Virus record (IMG/VR): IMGVR_UViG_3300045988_163933
Coordinates: 1 to 41,275 of that record
Origin: a virus
Reading direction: 5' to 3' (one strand)
Length of the DNA: 41,275 nt
Shown: one piece after another, positions 10,428 to 20,629 of the stretch
Numbering within the stretch: position 1 is the first letter of the stretch
Layout of the letters: each line of letters begins with the position of its first letter
Notes under the pieces: generated by a model
The model's database searches: none
The model's input: only the letters and a program-made list of their open reading frames with translations
Told to the model about the DNA's origin: nothing
Made by a program: the position numbers and the translations under genes

Positions 10428-10823
10428 ATGAAATTATATGAAAGAATAGAAAACAATAATTTTGATGAAATAGATAGAAATAGAGCAATTGAATTAATTG
10501 AAGGTGGAAATGGACATTTAGTTTATAATGAAAATTATTTTAAACTACAAAAAGAGAATGAAGAAGTAAAAAGATTAATTGCACATAAAAATGAATACAC
10601 AAAAAAACTTGAAGAAGATTTATTCGAAAATGCTGAAAATTATGTTATTTCAAAGCAAAAAGTAAAAGACAAGATAGAAAAATACAAAAAATTAAGTGAT
10701 AAATTCTATGTAAAATTCTTAGAGAGTGATAGATATAATACTGATATACGAGAAAAAGGAATAAAATGCGATGCAATAATATTAGCGCTTGAAGAACTAA
10801 TAGAAGAAAGAGAGGAAAAATAG
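10428..10823 (+). CDS. Hypothetical coiled-coil protein
   Basis: 131-aa ORF. Confidence 0.5.
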   Translation: MKLYERIENNNFDEIDRNRAIELIEGGNGHLVYNENYFKLQKENEEVKRLIAHKNEYTKKLEEDLFENAENYVISKQKVKDKIEKYKKLSDKFYVKFLESDRYNTDIREKGIKCDAIILALEELIEEREEK

Positions 10824-10881
10824 AGAAAACAACAAAATATAAAAACAAAAAATAGTAAATACTACACAAGAGGTGTAGTAA

Positions 10882-11097
10882 GTGACAGATAAAGAGATAA
10901 TAGAGAAGTGGAAAGCAGGATTAAGTAAAAATAAATTAGCAGAAATATATAGAAGAGAATACAATCAGCAAATAAAGATAATAAGAAGCACAGTAAGACA
11001 CAGACACGATGGAATATTTATAAGTAATTACGAAGCATTAGCAAAAGTAGAGAGAGTAATATATAGATATTTGAAAGAGAGGGAAAAAAGATGTTAA
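10882..11097 (+). CDS. HTH-like hypothetical protein
   Basis: IIEKWKAGLSKNKLAEIYRREYN. Confidence 0.45.
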   Translation: MTDKEIIEKWKAGLSKNKLAEIYRREYNQQIKIIRSTVRHRHDGIFISNYEALAKVERVIYRYLKEREKRC

Positions 11098-11577
11098 TAG
11101 TTTTATTTATAATAGTCTTATTAATGACAATAGCAGGAATTTTTATAATAGAAAAAGATGATAGTTATGAAAGTGAGGAAAATGGCGCGACTATGATGTT
11201 TGTGGGACGGATTTATAGAATTAATTATAGTTTCAGCAATAATATTTAATGCATCACAAATATGTCAATTAAAAATATCAGATAAAAAGATAGAGATGTA
11301 CGAAGAGGAAAATAACAATATACAAAATTCTGTATCTCAAATAGTAGAAAGTTATAAAAACTATGAACAGAATACATATTCAGAAAGTTTGAAAAGTATA
11401 GATACAAATAATACAGATATAATCGTATTAACACAGCTATATCCAGAATTAAAATCAAATGAGATGGTAAATAAACAAATAGATATTTATCAAGAAAACA
11501 ATAACAAGATTAAAGGTTTAAAAGAAGAAAAAATAAATAATGAAATAGCAAAATGGTGGCTATATTTTGGAAAATAA
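11091..11577 (+). CDS. Two-segment membrane protein, recoded: +1 (CGGA read as Gly) at 11208
   Basis: MLIVLFIIVLLMTIAGIFIIEKDDSYESEENGATMMFVG + GFIELIIVSAIIFNASQICQLKISDKKIEMY...; fused frame open to 11577. Confidence 0.65.
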
Positions 11578-11597
11578 GAAAAAGAGGAGTGATACAA

Positions 11598-11786
11598 ATG
11601 AAAATACCAAAAATAATAAGCAAGAATGGACATAAGTACATCTTTGTAAAAGAATATCCTAATTTCGTGTTATACAAAGACATGACAACAGGAGTAAAGG
11701 AAACATTTAAAAGATACGATCTAGGATTAATAAAACCAGTAATAGTAACACCAAGACTGAGGAAAAATATGAATATGAAACCATAG
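11598..11786 (+). CDS. Hypothetical protein
   Basis: MKIPKIISKNGHKYIFVKEYPNFVLYKDMTTG. Confidence 0.5.
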   Translation: MKIPKIISKNGHKYIFVKEYPNFVLYKDMTTGVKETFKRYDLGLIKPVIVTPRLRKNMNMKP

Positions 11787-11789
11787 GAG

Positions 11790-11996
11790 ATGATAGTACA
11801 AATGAACATATATGGAATATACAATGAAAAAGAATCTGAGCAATGTATGAGAGTTGGAACATTGCCAGAAATAGTCACATTTTTAAATTTATCAGCAAGA
11901 GAAGTAGGACGAGCATTAAATAAAAACAACCTTGTGAAACATAAATATAGAATATATTATTTATTCAAGGAGGATACAGATGAGATTGCAGAATGA
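11790..11996 (+). CDS. Hypothetical protein
   Basis: ORF; overlaps next. Confidence 0.45.
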   Translation: MIVQMNIYGIYNEKESEQCMRVGTLPEIVTFLNLSAREVGRALNKNNLVKHKYRIYYLFKEDTDEIAE

Positions 11997-12384
11997 AGAA
12001 TACAAGAAAGCGGTTAGTTGTTTAAAGAGATACAACTACAACTGTATAAAGATAATGTCTACAAGAGAAGATATAATGAGCATAAGTGGATTGAATATGG
12101 ATGGAATGCCAAAAGCTAAATATACAAAATCAGATATGGTTTTAAATAGTGTAATACAATTACAAGAAGACGAAGAATTAAAAAGAGCAATAAAGGAAGT
12201 TAAAGCTGTACAAATGGCATTACAGTTAGTAAATGAAGATTGCAAAAATATATTTGAGAAGATATATATGCAAAGCAAAAGCAAGTGGGATATAATTAAT
12301 TGCGGAATGTCAGAAAGGACATTTGTAAGAAGAAAAAGTGAATTGGTTATAGCTGTACATAAAGAATTAAAAAAATTGGCGTAA
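11980..12384 (+). CDS. Sigma-70 region 4-like/ArpU-like late regulator
   Basis: C-terminal HTH WDIINCGMSERTFVRRKSELVIAVHKEL; located before the late operon. Confidence 0.6.
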   Translation: MRLQNEEYKKAVSCLKRYNYNCIKIMSTREDIMSISGLNMDGMPKAKYTKSDMVLNSVIQLQEDEELKRAIKEVKAVQMALQLVNEDCKNIFEKIYMQSKSKWDIINCGMSERTFVRRKSELVIAVHKELKKLA

Positions 12385-12418
12385 AATTGGCGTAATTTTA
12401 TTAAAAAATGGTGCTATA
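12376..12418 (+). promoter_or_regulatory. TTGGCGTAAAATTGGCGTAATTTT repeat followed by TATAAT; candidate late promoter control site
   Basis: Two GGCGTAA units at 11-bp period, then -10-like TATAAT near 12413. Confidence 0.5.
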
Positions 12419-12478
12419 ATAGTAATGTGAAAAGATATCACATAGAAAAAATGTGAATCAGGTCCGAAAATTCCCTAA

Positions 12479-12512
12479 TTAAGAGTAGACGTTTTAAATG
12501 TTTACTCTTTTA
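12479..12512 (+). terminator. Intrinsic terminator
   Basis: gagtagac ... gtttactc stem followed by TTTT. Confidence 0.6.
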
Positions 12513-12535
12513 TTATTTTGAAAGGATGATAGAAA

Positions 12536-12790
12536 ATGGATTTTGGAAAAGCAATTAAATTATTAAAAGAAGGCAAAAGAATACAAAGACAAGGTTGGAA
12601 TGGAAAAGGACAATATATAGAGCTTGCAACTAATATTAGTTATAAAAATACTAATGATGAAGTAGTAAATGCAGAACATGATGCAATAGGAAATAAAGCA
12701 ATAGCATTTGTAGGAACATCAGGAGTTCAATTAGGTTGGTTAGCTAGTCAAGCTGATATGTTAGCAGAAGACTGGAAAGTAGTAGAATAA
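12536..12790 (+). CDS. tad2: DUF2829 / Tad2-like Thoeris anti-defence protein
   Basis: MDFGKAIKLLKEGKRIQRQGWNGKGQYIEL...LGWLASQADMLAEDWKVV. Confidence 0.8.
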   Translation: MDFGKAIKLLKEGKRIQRQGWNGKGQYIELATNISYKNTNDEVVNAEHDAIGNKAIAFVGTSGVQLGWLASQADMLAEDWKVVE

Positions 12791-13149
12791 TAAGTAATAT
12801 AAAATTGGTATTAACAGATACTAGATATGTTGATATAAATAGTGTATTCATGTATAAGCCTTGAATTTAGATTTGTATAGAGCTTTTCTAGTGAGCTCTA
12901 ATTTTATATTTGTAAGTTGTGCGTAGTGATATAAAAAATATGTTTAGGTTTTAACGCAGGTAATACTACGGTTTTATTGATAACTATAAAAAACTTAACC
13001 ACGAAGGAGAACATAGCTCCTGTATCATTACACAGAGCTTATAAAGAAAGAGTAACATATGAACATAAAATATTGTATGAAGAACAGATGCAATGGTTGT
13101 AAAAACTATGGAATCTGTTTTAATTATAAACCAAAAAGGAGAAAGAAAA

Positions 13150-13500
13150 ATGAAATTCAAAATAAACAACAGAGAATGGACAATAACAGAAGTATCTCAA
13201 CAGGCAATAAAGAATATGCAGAATATAAGAAAAGCTAATGAAGAAGAGAATTTAAAATCAATAGATATGAGATATTATGGAATTACATATTGTGACACTT
13301 TGAAAATATATATTGATGAAGATTTACCAGAAGCAAGAAAAAAATCAACATTAATTCATGAACTAACACATTGCTATATAGATAATTATATAACACATTC
13401 TGAAAAACAATACACAGAGGAAGATGTTGCAGATATAGTATCAAATTCTTATGATATTATTCATGAGATAGTTGATAAATATTTTAATGTAAAAGAATGA
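13150..13500 (+). CDS. Putative zinc metallopeptidase (HELTH motif)
   Basis: TLIHELTHCYIDNY; start likely MKFKINN within longer ORF 13093..13500. Confidence 0.65.
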   Translation: MKFKINNREWTITEVSQQAIKNMQNIRKANEEENLKSIDMRYYGITYCDTLKIYIDEDLPEARKKSTLIHELTHCYIDNYITHSEKQYTEEDVADIVSNSYDIIHEIVDKYFNVKE

Positions 13501-13580
13501 ATAAAAAAATAATTATTTCTCTAAATTTCGACAAACTTTTCAAAAAATATGATAAAATCCTTAAAAAAGGAGAAATAAAT

Positions 13581-14192
13581 ATGGAATATAATATTACAAC
13601 AATTGAAAAAGCAAAAGAAACATTGGAAAAAATAGAAAAGAAATGGAAAAATATTAAATTAGAAGAAATTGATTATACAACGTTTAATTTTGTTTTAGAA
13701 CATATAACTAGCAGTATGGATGAGTGTAAGGAGATAAAATTATATGGGTTAAAATCCATAAAAACTATGCTAAATGAAGAGAACAATTCTTTTATAATGT
13801 ATTGTAAAAAAAATACAATATTAAATTCAGAAGAATTAAATGAATTAATAGAACGTTATAAAAAATATAATAATAGTTTATGTGCTTTTTTTTCGTATGA
13901 AGAGTCTGAAGAAATTTACAAAAACAGTTTAAGAAAATATCCAAAAATATTTGATAAGTTTAAAATAAGAATAAAAGAATGGATTGAAAAAGCAAAGCCA
14001 TATAGGATAATAATTAGTGTTAAATATGATGATTTAAAGTTTTATATAGATGATCCAAACTCAACAATAAATAGAATGTTAGCAGAGAACATAAGGAAAA
14101 AAATAAATAAAGAATCTATTGAGGAAAGTAATTATGTTGAAATAAAAAGAACAATAGAGCCAGAAAAATTGAAAATAGAAGAATTGAAATAA
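13581..14192 (+). CDS. Orphan hypothetical protein between metallopeptidase and terminase
   Basis: Long ORF (track 13497..14192); probable start MEYNITTIEKAKE with RBS ggagaaa. Confidence 0.5.
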   Translation: MEYNITTIEKAKETLEKIEKKWKNIKLEEIDYTTFNFVLEHITSSMDECKEIKLYGLKSIKTMLNEENNSFIMYCKKNTILNSEELNELIERYKKYNNSLCAFFSYEESEEIYKNSLRKYPKIFDKFKIRIKEWIEKAKPYRIIISVKYDDLKFYIDDPNSTINRMLAENIRKKINKESIEESNYVEIKRTIEPEKLKIEELK

Positions 14193-14261
14193 ATAGTAAG
14201 ATGAGCTTATCAAAAGATGAGCTCTTTTATTATGTAAAAACAGAAAGAGAGGTAATCTTAT

Positions 14262-14804
14262 ATGACAGATGCACAAAAAAGATTCTGTGATGAATATTTA
14301 ATCGACCTTAATGCAACAAGAGCATATAAGGTTGCTTATCCAAGCTGTAAAAAAGAAGAAACAGCCAATGCAGCATCAAGCAGAATGTTAAGAAATGTTA
14401 AGGTTCAAGAATACATATCTAAAAAGCAACAAGAAATAGAAAAAAGAACAGAAGTAACACAAGATATGGTAATAAAAGAGTTAGCAAAAATAGCATTTTT
14501 AGATATAAGAAAATTATATACAGAAAATGGACAATTAAAAAATATAGCAGACATTGATAGTGATACAGCAGGAGCAATATCATCGTTAGAAACATTGGAA
14601 GAATACGAAGGATATGGAGAAGATAGAGAAAAAATAGGAGATACTCAAAAAGTAAAACTATTAGATAAAACAAAGGCTCTTGAGCTCTTAGGAAAGCATT
14701 TAGGAATGTTTAAAGAGAAGGTAACAATTGATGGCAATGTTAATACGAACAATCCATTTTCAGGAATGACAACAGAAGAATTGAGAAAAATATTGAATGA
14801 ATAA
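14262..14804 (+). CDS. terS: Terminase small subunit (Terminase_2 type)
   Basis: MTDAQKRFCDEYLIDLNATRAYKVAYP...SRMLRNVKVQEYI. Confidence 0.9.
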   Translation: MTDAQKRFCDEYLIDLNATRAYKVAYPSCKKEETANAASSRMLRNVKVQEYISKKQQEIEKRTEVTQDMVIKELAKIAFLDIRKLYTENGQLKNIADIDSDTAGAISSLETLEEYEGYGEDREKIGDTQKVKLLDKTKALELLGKHLGMFKEKVTIDGNVNTNNPFSGMTTEELRKILNE

Positions 14805-16185
14805 TGATATAAGAGAAAAAATAAAAGAACAAGCACGTTTAGAATTAGCTAGACGTGATTTTTTTGAATATTGTGAGTTAACTGCTTCTGATTTTTATAA
14901 AGAAGATAGAAAGTTCTTAAAAGATTTATGTTGCCAATTGCAAGATTTTTATGAGAGCGACGAAAAAGTATGTGTAATAAATATGCCACCAAGACATGGA
15001 AAATCAAGAACTGCAGGAAAATTTGTAGAATGGATATTAGGAATCAATCCAAACGAAAAAATAATGACAGGATCATACAATGAAGATTTGTCAAGTTCGT
15101 TTGCTAAATCAGTAAGAGATACAATAGCTTCTGAAAAAACAGAAGGAGTAATTGTATATAATGATATATTCCCTAATACTAGAATTAAAGATGGTGAAGC
15201 AACACAAAAAAAGTGGGCGTTGGCTGGAAGTAAAGTATCAAACTATTTAGCAACATCACCAACAGGTACAGCAACAGGGTTTGGATGCACAATAATGATA
15301 ATAGATGATCTTATAAAAAATGCAAAAGAAGCTTATAACGAAAATACATTGAAAAATCATATAGAGTGGTTTAACAATACAATGTTATCAAGAACTGAAA
15401 ATGGATTTAAATTAATCATAATTATGACCAGATGGTCTAGCAATGATTTAGCAGGTTATATATTAGAAAATTATGAGAATGTAAGACATATAAACTATAA
15501 AGCAGTACAAGAAGATGGCTCAATGTTGTGTAAAGAAGTATTAAGCAAAGAAGATTATGAATTTAAGACTAAAAACATGAACAAAGATATTGTATACGCT
15601 AACTATCAACAAGAACCAATAGATGTAAAAAATAGACTATATAGTAAATTTAAAACATATGAAAAATTGCCACCAGCACATTATATTATGAATTATACAG
15701 ATACCGCAGATGAAGGTGACGATTATTTGTGTTCAATAGATTATCAGATGTATAACAACGAATATTACATTTTAGATGTTATTTTTACGCAAGACCCGAT
15801 GGAAGTAACAGAACCAGCAGTTGCAGAAATGCTAACTAAAGATAATGTAGGAAATGCAAACATAGAGAGTAACAACGGTGGTAGAGGATTTGCAAGAAAT
15901 GTAATAACAAATTTAAGAAACTTGGGCAATAGGCATACAAATGTTAGATGGTTTCATCAAGGGGAAAATAAAGTTGCAAGAATATTAAGTAATTCAACAG
16001 GAGTGATGAACAATATCTATTTTCCTATTAATTGGGAGGATAAATGGCCAGAATTTGCTAAACACTTAAAACATTATGTAAGAACTGGAAAAAATGAACA
16101 TGATGATGCTGAGGATTGCTTAACGGGTGTATATGAACATCCAAGACCAAATACAATACAATTTGGTTATAACAGTATAATGTAA
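14797..16185 (+). CDS. terL: Terminase large subunit
   Basis: Walker-type VINMPPRHGKSRTAGKFVEW, TIMIIDDLIKN. Confidence 0.93.
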   Translation: MNNDIREKIKEQARLELARRDFFEYCELTASDFYKEDRKFLKDLCCQLQDFYESDEKVCVINMPPRHGKSRTAGKFVEWILGINPNEKIMTGSYNEDLSSSFAKSVRDTIASEKTEGVIVYNDIFPNTRIKDGEATQKKWALAGSKVSNYLATSPTGTATGFGCTIMIIDDLIKNAKEAYNENTLKNHIEWFNNTMLSRTENGFKLIIIMTRWSSNDLAGYILENYENVRHINYKAVQEDGSMLCKEVLSKEDYEFKTKNMNKDIVYANYQQEPIDVKNRLYSKFKTYEKLPPAHYIMNYTDTADEGDDYLCSIDYQMYNNEYYILDVIFTQDPMEVTEPAVAEMLTKDNVGNANIESNNGGRGFARNVITNLRNLGNRHTNVRWFHQGENKVARILSNSTGVMNNIYFPINWEDKWPEFAKHLKHYVRTGKNEHDDAEDCLTGVYEHPRPNTIQFGYNSIM

Positions 16186-16197
16186 AGGAGAAAAATA

Positions 16198-17811
16198 ATG
16201 AGTTTTGTAGAAAAAATACAATATAAAGATGAGTTTTTAAGTGAAGTAAATATAAATCAAAACATAAGTGTGTTGTGGGGAAAAGCATTGCCAATATTTA
16301 TGCACAGAAAATACTTACAAGATAGATTTACAAGAAAATATGACAAAAAAGATGTTATTGTTGCACTTGAATATTATATAAGTATTATTGCAAGTGGATA
16401 TTTTGGAGGAAAAGAGCCTCAATTTAAAGTTAAGAACATAAATGAAACTCAAAAAGGAATTTTAAAAAGAATATTTAAAAAGGTTTTTGGAGATAAGAAT
16501 GATCCAGAAGACTATCAAGCTATTATTGATTATATTGCAAAATATAATGACAATGGTAGCTTTTTTTATGATTGTGTACTTGATTATATTACAACTGGAG
16601 CGTGTTATGGATTAGTGTATGAAAATAAGAACAACGAAGAAGTGTATGCCAATGTTTCAAGCTTGAATACAGTCGCTATATGGAATTATGATGTACCAAG
16701 CACAAAAATAGGATTATTAAGATGTTGGTATGAAAATACAGCAACAGGCGGAATTGAAACACACTTAGAAATAATAACCAAAGACTATAAAAAGCAATTT
16801 GTCGATGGAATAGAAAAAAAGACTATTACAGAGAGTGCTGAATATAAGTTTGAAGAAGTAGATGGTAGTGACAAACCAGTAAGATGGACTGACTTGCCTT
16901 GTTTTGCAGTAGAGAATCCTTATGGAATGTCATTTTTTGAAAATGTTATAACTTTAATAAATAAAAATGAAAAAGTAATTGAAAATAATGCTAATATTTT
17001 TGATTATAACGATAATGCCAAATTAAAGGTAACGGGATTTGCACCAACAAATGACCCTTTAATTCCGTTGCTAAATGAAAATGGAGAAGAACAAAAAGAT
17101 AAACAAGGCAATATAATAATGACAGTAAATCCTGCAAGAGTACAAGAAGATGAAGCTGTTTTAAATGCAAAAGTATTTTATACTCCAGATAAAGATGGAG
17201 ATATAGATTGGATAATAAAGGATATAAATGATACTGCATCAGAAAATCATAAAAAAACATGCTTAGATATGGCACTAATGATTTCTGGAGTACCAAATGT
17301 AACTGACCTAGGTTTTACTAATGCGGATAATGCAGCTGCATTGGAAAAGAAATTTTTCCCTTTAGAGCAAGTATTACAACAGGCACATCACTTGTTTAGA
17401 AAAGAGTATTTGAGAATGTGGGAGATGATAACGGCAAGAATAAATCTAAAAAAAGGTAAAGAATATGATTTTAGAGATATAGACGTTATATTAATACGTA
17501 ATTTACCTACGGATACAGAGAGTCTTACAACTGCTTGGTTAAAATTAAGAGGATTAGTAAGTGATAAATCAATTATAAGTCATTTACCATTTGGATTAGA
17601 TGCAGAGTCAGAACTTGCTGAAATGGACAAGCAAAACCAAGAGAATATTCAAAAAAATTTAGAAAATATGGCCAAAACAGAAGAAACTAATCAATCAAAA
17701 GACATTAATGAAAAAGTAGGTGATATAAGTGGAAATATGGAAGTATCACGACCAACAGATGCAAAAACTGAAAATAATATATCAAAGGACAAGCAGGCAA
17801 ACTCAAAATAA
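16198..17811 (+). CDS. Portal protein (SPP1 gp6-like)
   Basis: Size, order, GVPNVTDLGFTNADNAAALEKKFFPLEQ. Confidence 0.85.
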   Translation: MSFVEKIQYKDEFLSEVNINQNISVLWGKALPIFMHRKYLQDRFTRKYDKKDVIVALEYYISIIASGYFGGKEPQFKVKNINETQKGILKRIFKKVFGDKNDPEDYQAIIDYIAKYNDNGSFFYDCVLDYITTGACYGLVYENKNNEEVYANVSSLNTVAIWNYDVPSTKIGLLRCWYENTATGGIETHLEIITKDYKKQFVDGIEKKTITESAEYKFEEVDGSDKPVRWTDLPCFAVENPYGMSFFENVITLINKNEKVIENNANIFDYNDNAKLKVTGFAPTNDPLIPLLNENGEEQKDKQGNIIMTVNPARVQEDEAVLNAKVFYTPDKDGDIDWIIKDINDTASENHKKTCLDMALMISGVPNVTDLGFTNADNAAALEKKFFPLEQVLQQAHHLFRKEYLRMWEMITARINLKKGKEYDFRDIDVILIRNLPTDTESLTTAWLKLRGLVSDKSIISHLPFGLDAESELAEMDKQNQENIQKNLENMAKTEETNQSKDINEKVGDISGNMEVSRPTDAKTENNISKDKQANSK

Positions 17812-19280
17812 ACTCCAAGAAATATTTGATACGTTTAATTTTACACAAGAAAATATATATAATATAGCAGATAATAAAACCAAAAAAAGAATAAATACAT
17901 ATATAGAAGGTTGGAAAGAGCAAGAACTATTAAAAAATAATAATTATTTTACTGTACTGGCAAATAATATTTATAAAAGAACAAGAGTAAAGAATAGTGA
18001 AATACTAGAATTGCTTATATATAGTGCATACATAGAAGAACAAAGCAAACTTGAAGAAAAAGAAAAACAGATAATGTATGAAGATGCAAATTATTATTAT
18101 GAACAAGGACAACAGGAAGTAAATAAAAAGAAAAAGCCATCAATAATTCAAATGGCTTTGTTTCTTGCGTTATTAGACCAACCAAACTATAGTCGGACTA
18201 ACTTGGAAACAATATATTGAAGCAACAATGCAATATAATGCACAACAAATATATAAACAAGCAATTCTAAACATACAACGACAAAAAGGCCTAGAAATCG
18301 ATTCTAGTGATTTTCAAACAATAATGAGCAGACAAAACAATCAAAAACTTAATATAAATAATGATAAAATCTCAGGTGCAGTGGATTTGCAAACGATAGG
18401 ACTAAACAATTTAGCAAAAGTACAAGGAATAAAATTAAATGCAGATGATAATGCACAAGTTGAATTTTGGGCAGTAACTGATGAACATAGTACTGAGATG
18501 TGTCAATCAATGAATATGATGAGATTTTATATTAACAAAGAGAATAAGTTTGATAGATATTGGGGAAATAGTAAAAAAGATATTAAGCTTATGCCAGTTA
18601 GGGTAAAAGGGTTAGTACCTGGTATTAATTTACCTCCAATAATGTACTATTGGCATTGGTGCAGGAGTACGATAAGATATGTTTCACCAGTTGCAAAACA
18701 AGAAAAAACAGAGTATAATAATGTTGATTATATAAGAAAAAACAATTATACTAATAGCAAAAATCTAGATAGTAATATAAAGAAAGCAATAAACAAGTTG
18801 CCAACAAAAATTCGAAAACTTATAAATGATACAACCTTTGAAATATCAAAAAATAATAGTTATTATGATAGAAAAAATAATATAATACATTTATTAAATG
18901 ATAGTAACGAATATGAAATATTGCATGAAATTGGACATGTGATAGAAACAAAACTAGATCTATTACATGATAAAAAATACATAGAAATACAACAAAATGG
19001 TTTAAATATTAAAGAAATACATACAGACAATATAAATGGGTATGGAAAAGAATATGAGTTTTGGTTAGATGGAAACAAATTCATTTCAGAGTATCAAAGA
19101 AGAGTGTATGAACAAGATATAGATGGAAATTACAAATTAAATTATTTAGACTTTACATTTAATCCTAAAACTTTAGGAGAATATTTTTCTGAAGGATTTA
19201 AATGCTATTTTGAAAAAAATAAGTTGTTAAAAAGAAAAGATATAAATTTATACAATTATATTAAGGAGGTCTTAAAATGA
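17729..19280 (+). CDS. MuF/SPP1 gp7-like head protein with C-terminal zincin-like domain, recoded: +1 (CGGA read as Gly) at 18194; exact start uncertain
   Basis: ...LLDQPNYS + GLTWKQYIEATMQYNAQQIYKQAILNIQRQKG...; C-term YEILHEIGHVIE ... LGEYFSEGFKCYF. Confidence 0.8.
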
Positions 19281-19468
19281 CAGAAAAACAGATTCAAGAT
19301 TTGTTAAAAAAAGAATATATTGTTGATTTAGACAAAGAATTAATTAAGATATATCCTGATGGATTTGACATCAATAAAATAGATAAAAGAATAAAAGCAA
19401 AAATAGAAGAATTAACCAATAAATATGATAGCATACAAAATCCAGTTCAAATAAGAAAAAGCAAATAG
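19277..19468 (+). CDS. Hypothetical protein
   Basis: ATGA overlap with previous stop. Confidence 0.5.
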   Translation: MTEKQIQDLLKKEYIVDLDKELIKIYPDGFDINKIDKRIKAKIEELTNKYDSIQNPVQIRKSK

Positions 19469-19516
19469 CACTTACTAAAAAGTAGGTGTTTTTATTATGG
19501 AAAGAAGGTAGGAAAT

Positions 19517-19732
19517 ATGCAAGAACGATTAACACCAAATGGAAAAGAAAATGTAAAGAAATCTATTATAGCAATAGGACAAGAACTAATAAAAAGAGCA
19601 AGTGATATAGCAAATGATTTAAAATTAGTTACTAATATTGAAATTTATGCAAAATTAATACCAGGTGAGGTAATTAACTTTGATATAAAGAAAAATTACA
19701 TAGCAACATTTGAAGATAAGGAGGAAAAATAA
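19517..19732 (+). CDS. Hypothetical protein
   Basis: 71-aa ORF. Confidence 0.5.
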   Translation: MQERLTPNGKENVKKSIIAIGQELIKRASDIANDLKLVTNIEIYAKLIPGEVINFDIKKNYIATFEDKEEK

Positions 19733-19733
19733 T

Positions 19734-19880
19734 ATGTGGTTATTAGTTTTAATATTAAGCGTTAAATTACAAATGCCAACTTGGTATTGGATTGTATTTA
19801 CTATAATTACGATATTTAGACCAATTATTTGGGTAGTTAAATATAATTTTGCTGATGGATATATGAAAGCAAAAGAATAA
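19734..19880 (+). CDS. Small membrane protein
   Basis: MWLLVLILSVKLQMPTWYWIVFTIITIF... Confidence 0.5.
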   Translation: MWLLVLILSVKLQMPTWYWIVFTIITIFRPIIWVVKYNFADGYMKAKE

Positions 19881-19928
19881 AGATAATAAATAAGTTATTA
19901 ACATTTTATAATTATAAATTTTTAGACG

Positions 19929-19948
19929 TAGACGTACGTCTATTTTTT
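19929..19948 (+). terminator. Intrinsic terminator tagacgtacgtcta + TTTTTT
   Basis: Perfect palindrome plus T run. Confidence 0.65.
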
Positions 19949-20043
19949 ATGCCTTTTTACTGTTTGCAGGCTATAAAGAACAACAGAATACAAATTCGCA
20001 ATGGCTGGGGCTTAAGCAATGGCTGGGGCAAAAGGAGTAGAAA

Positions 20044-20610
20044 ATGGAAGAACAAGAAAATAATGTAAATCCAAATAATGCTAATACTGGGGCAGTTACT
20101 GAACCAGCGGGAGCAAATAATACAGGAATAAATAATAATCCTGTAACATTTGATGATTTCTTAAAAGACGGAAAGAATCAAGCAGAGTTTGATAAAAGAG
20201 TTCAAAAGGCTATAAACACAGCTAAAGCAAACTGGGAAGAAATAATGAATAGTGAAAAAACAGAAGCTGAAAAACTAGCAAAGATGAACAAAGAGCAAAA
20301 ACTTGAATATCAAGCACAGAAAGAAAGAACAGACAAAGAAAAAGCACTTGCAGAATTAAATGCTTATAAATTGAAAGAACAGGCAACCAAAATAGCAAGT
20401 GACAAAGGATTGGATATATCTTTATTGACTTTCTTTAATTTTGAAACAGTTAAGGCAGAAGAAATTAATTCGAAAATTGAAGAAGTTTCAAACGCTTTTA
20501 ATAAGGCTGTTGAAAAAGCAGTAAATGAAAGACTAAAAGAAGATACTCCAACTCAAAAATTAGGTATTGATAATGAAAGAAACAAATCAATAGCTAGAGC
20601 AAGTTATTAA
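20044..20610 (+). CDS. Capsid scaffold protein (DUF4355/GP20-like)
   Basis: Acidic/coiled-coil protein immediately before major capsid. Confidence 0.8.
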   Translation: MEEQENNVNPNNANTGAVTEPAGANNTGINNNPVTFDDFLKDGKNQAEFDKRVQKAINTAKANWEEIMNSEKTEAEKLAKMNKEQKLEYQAQKERTDKEKALAELNAYKLKEQATKIASDKGLDISLLTFFNFETVKAEEINSKIEEVSNAFNKAVEKAVNERLKEDTPTQKLGIDNERNKSIARASY

Positions 20611-20629
20611 AAAATAGGAGGAATTAAAA

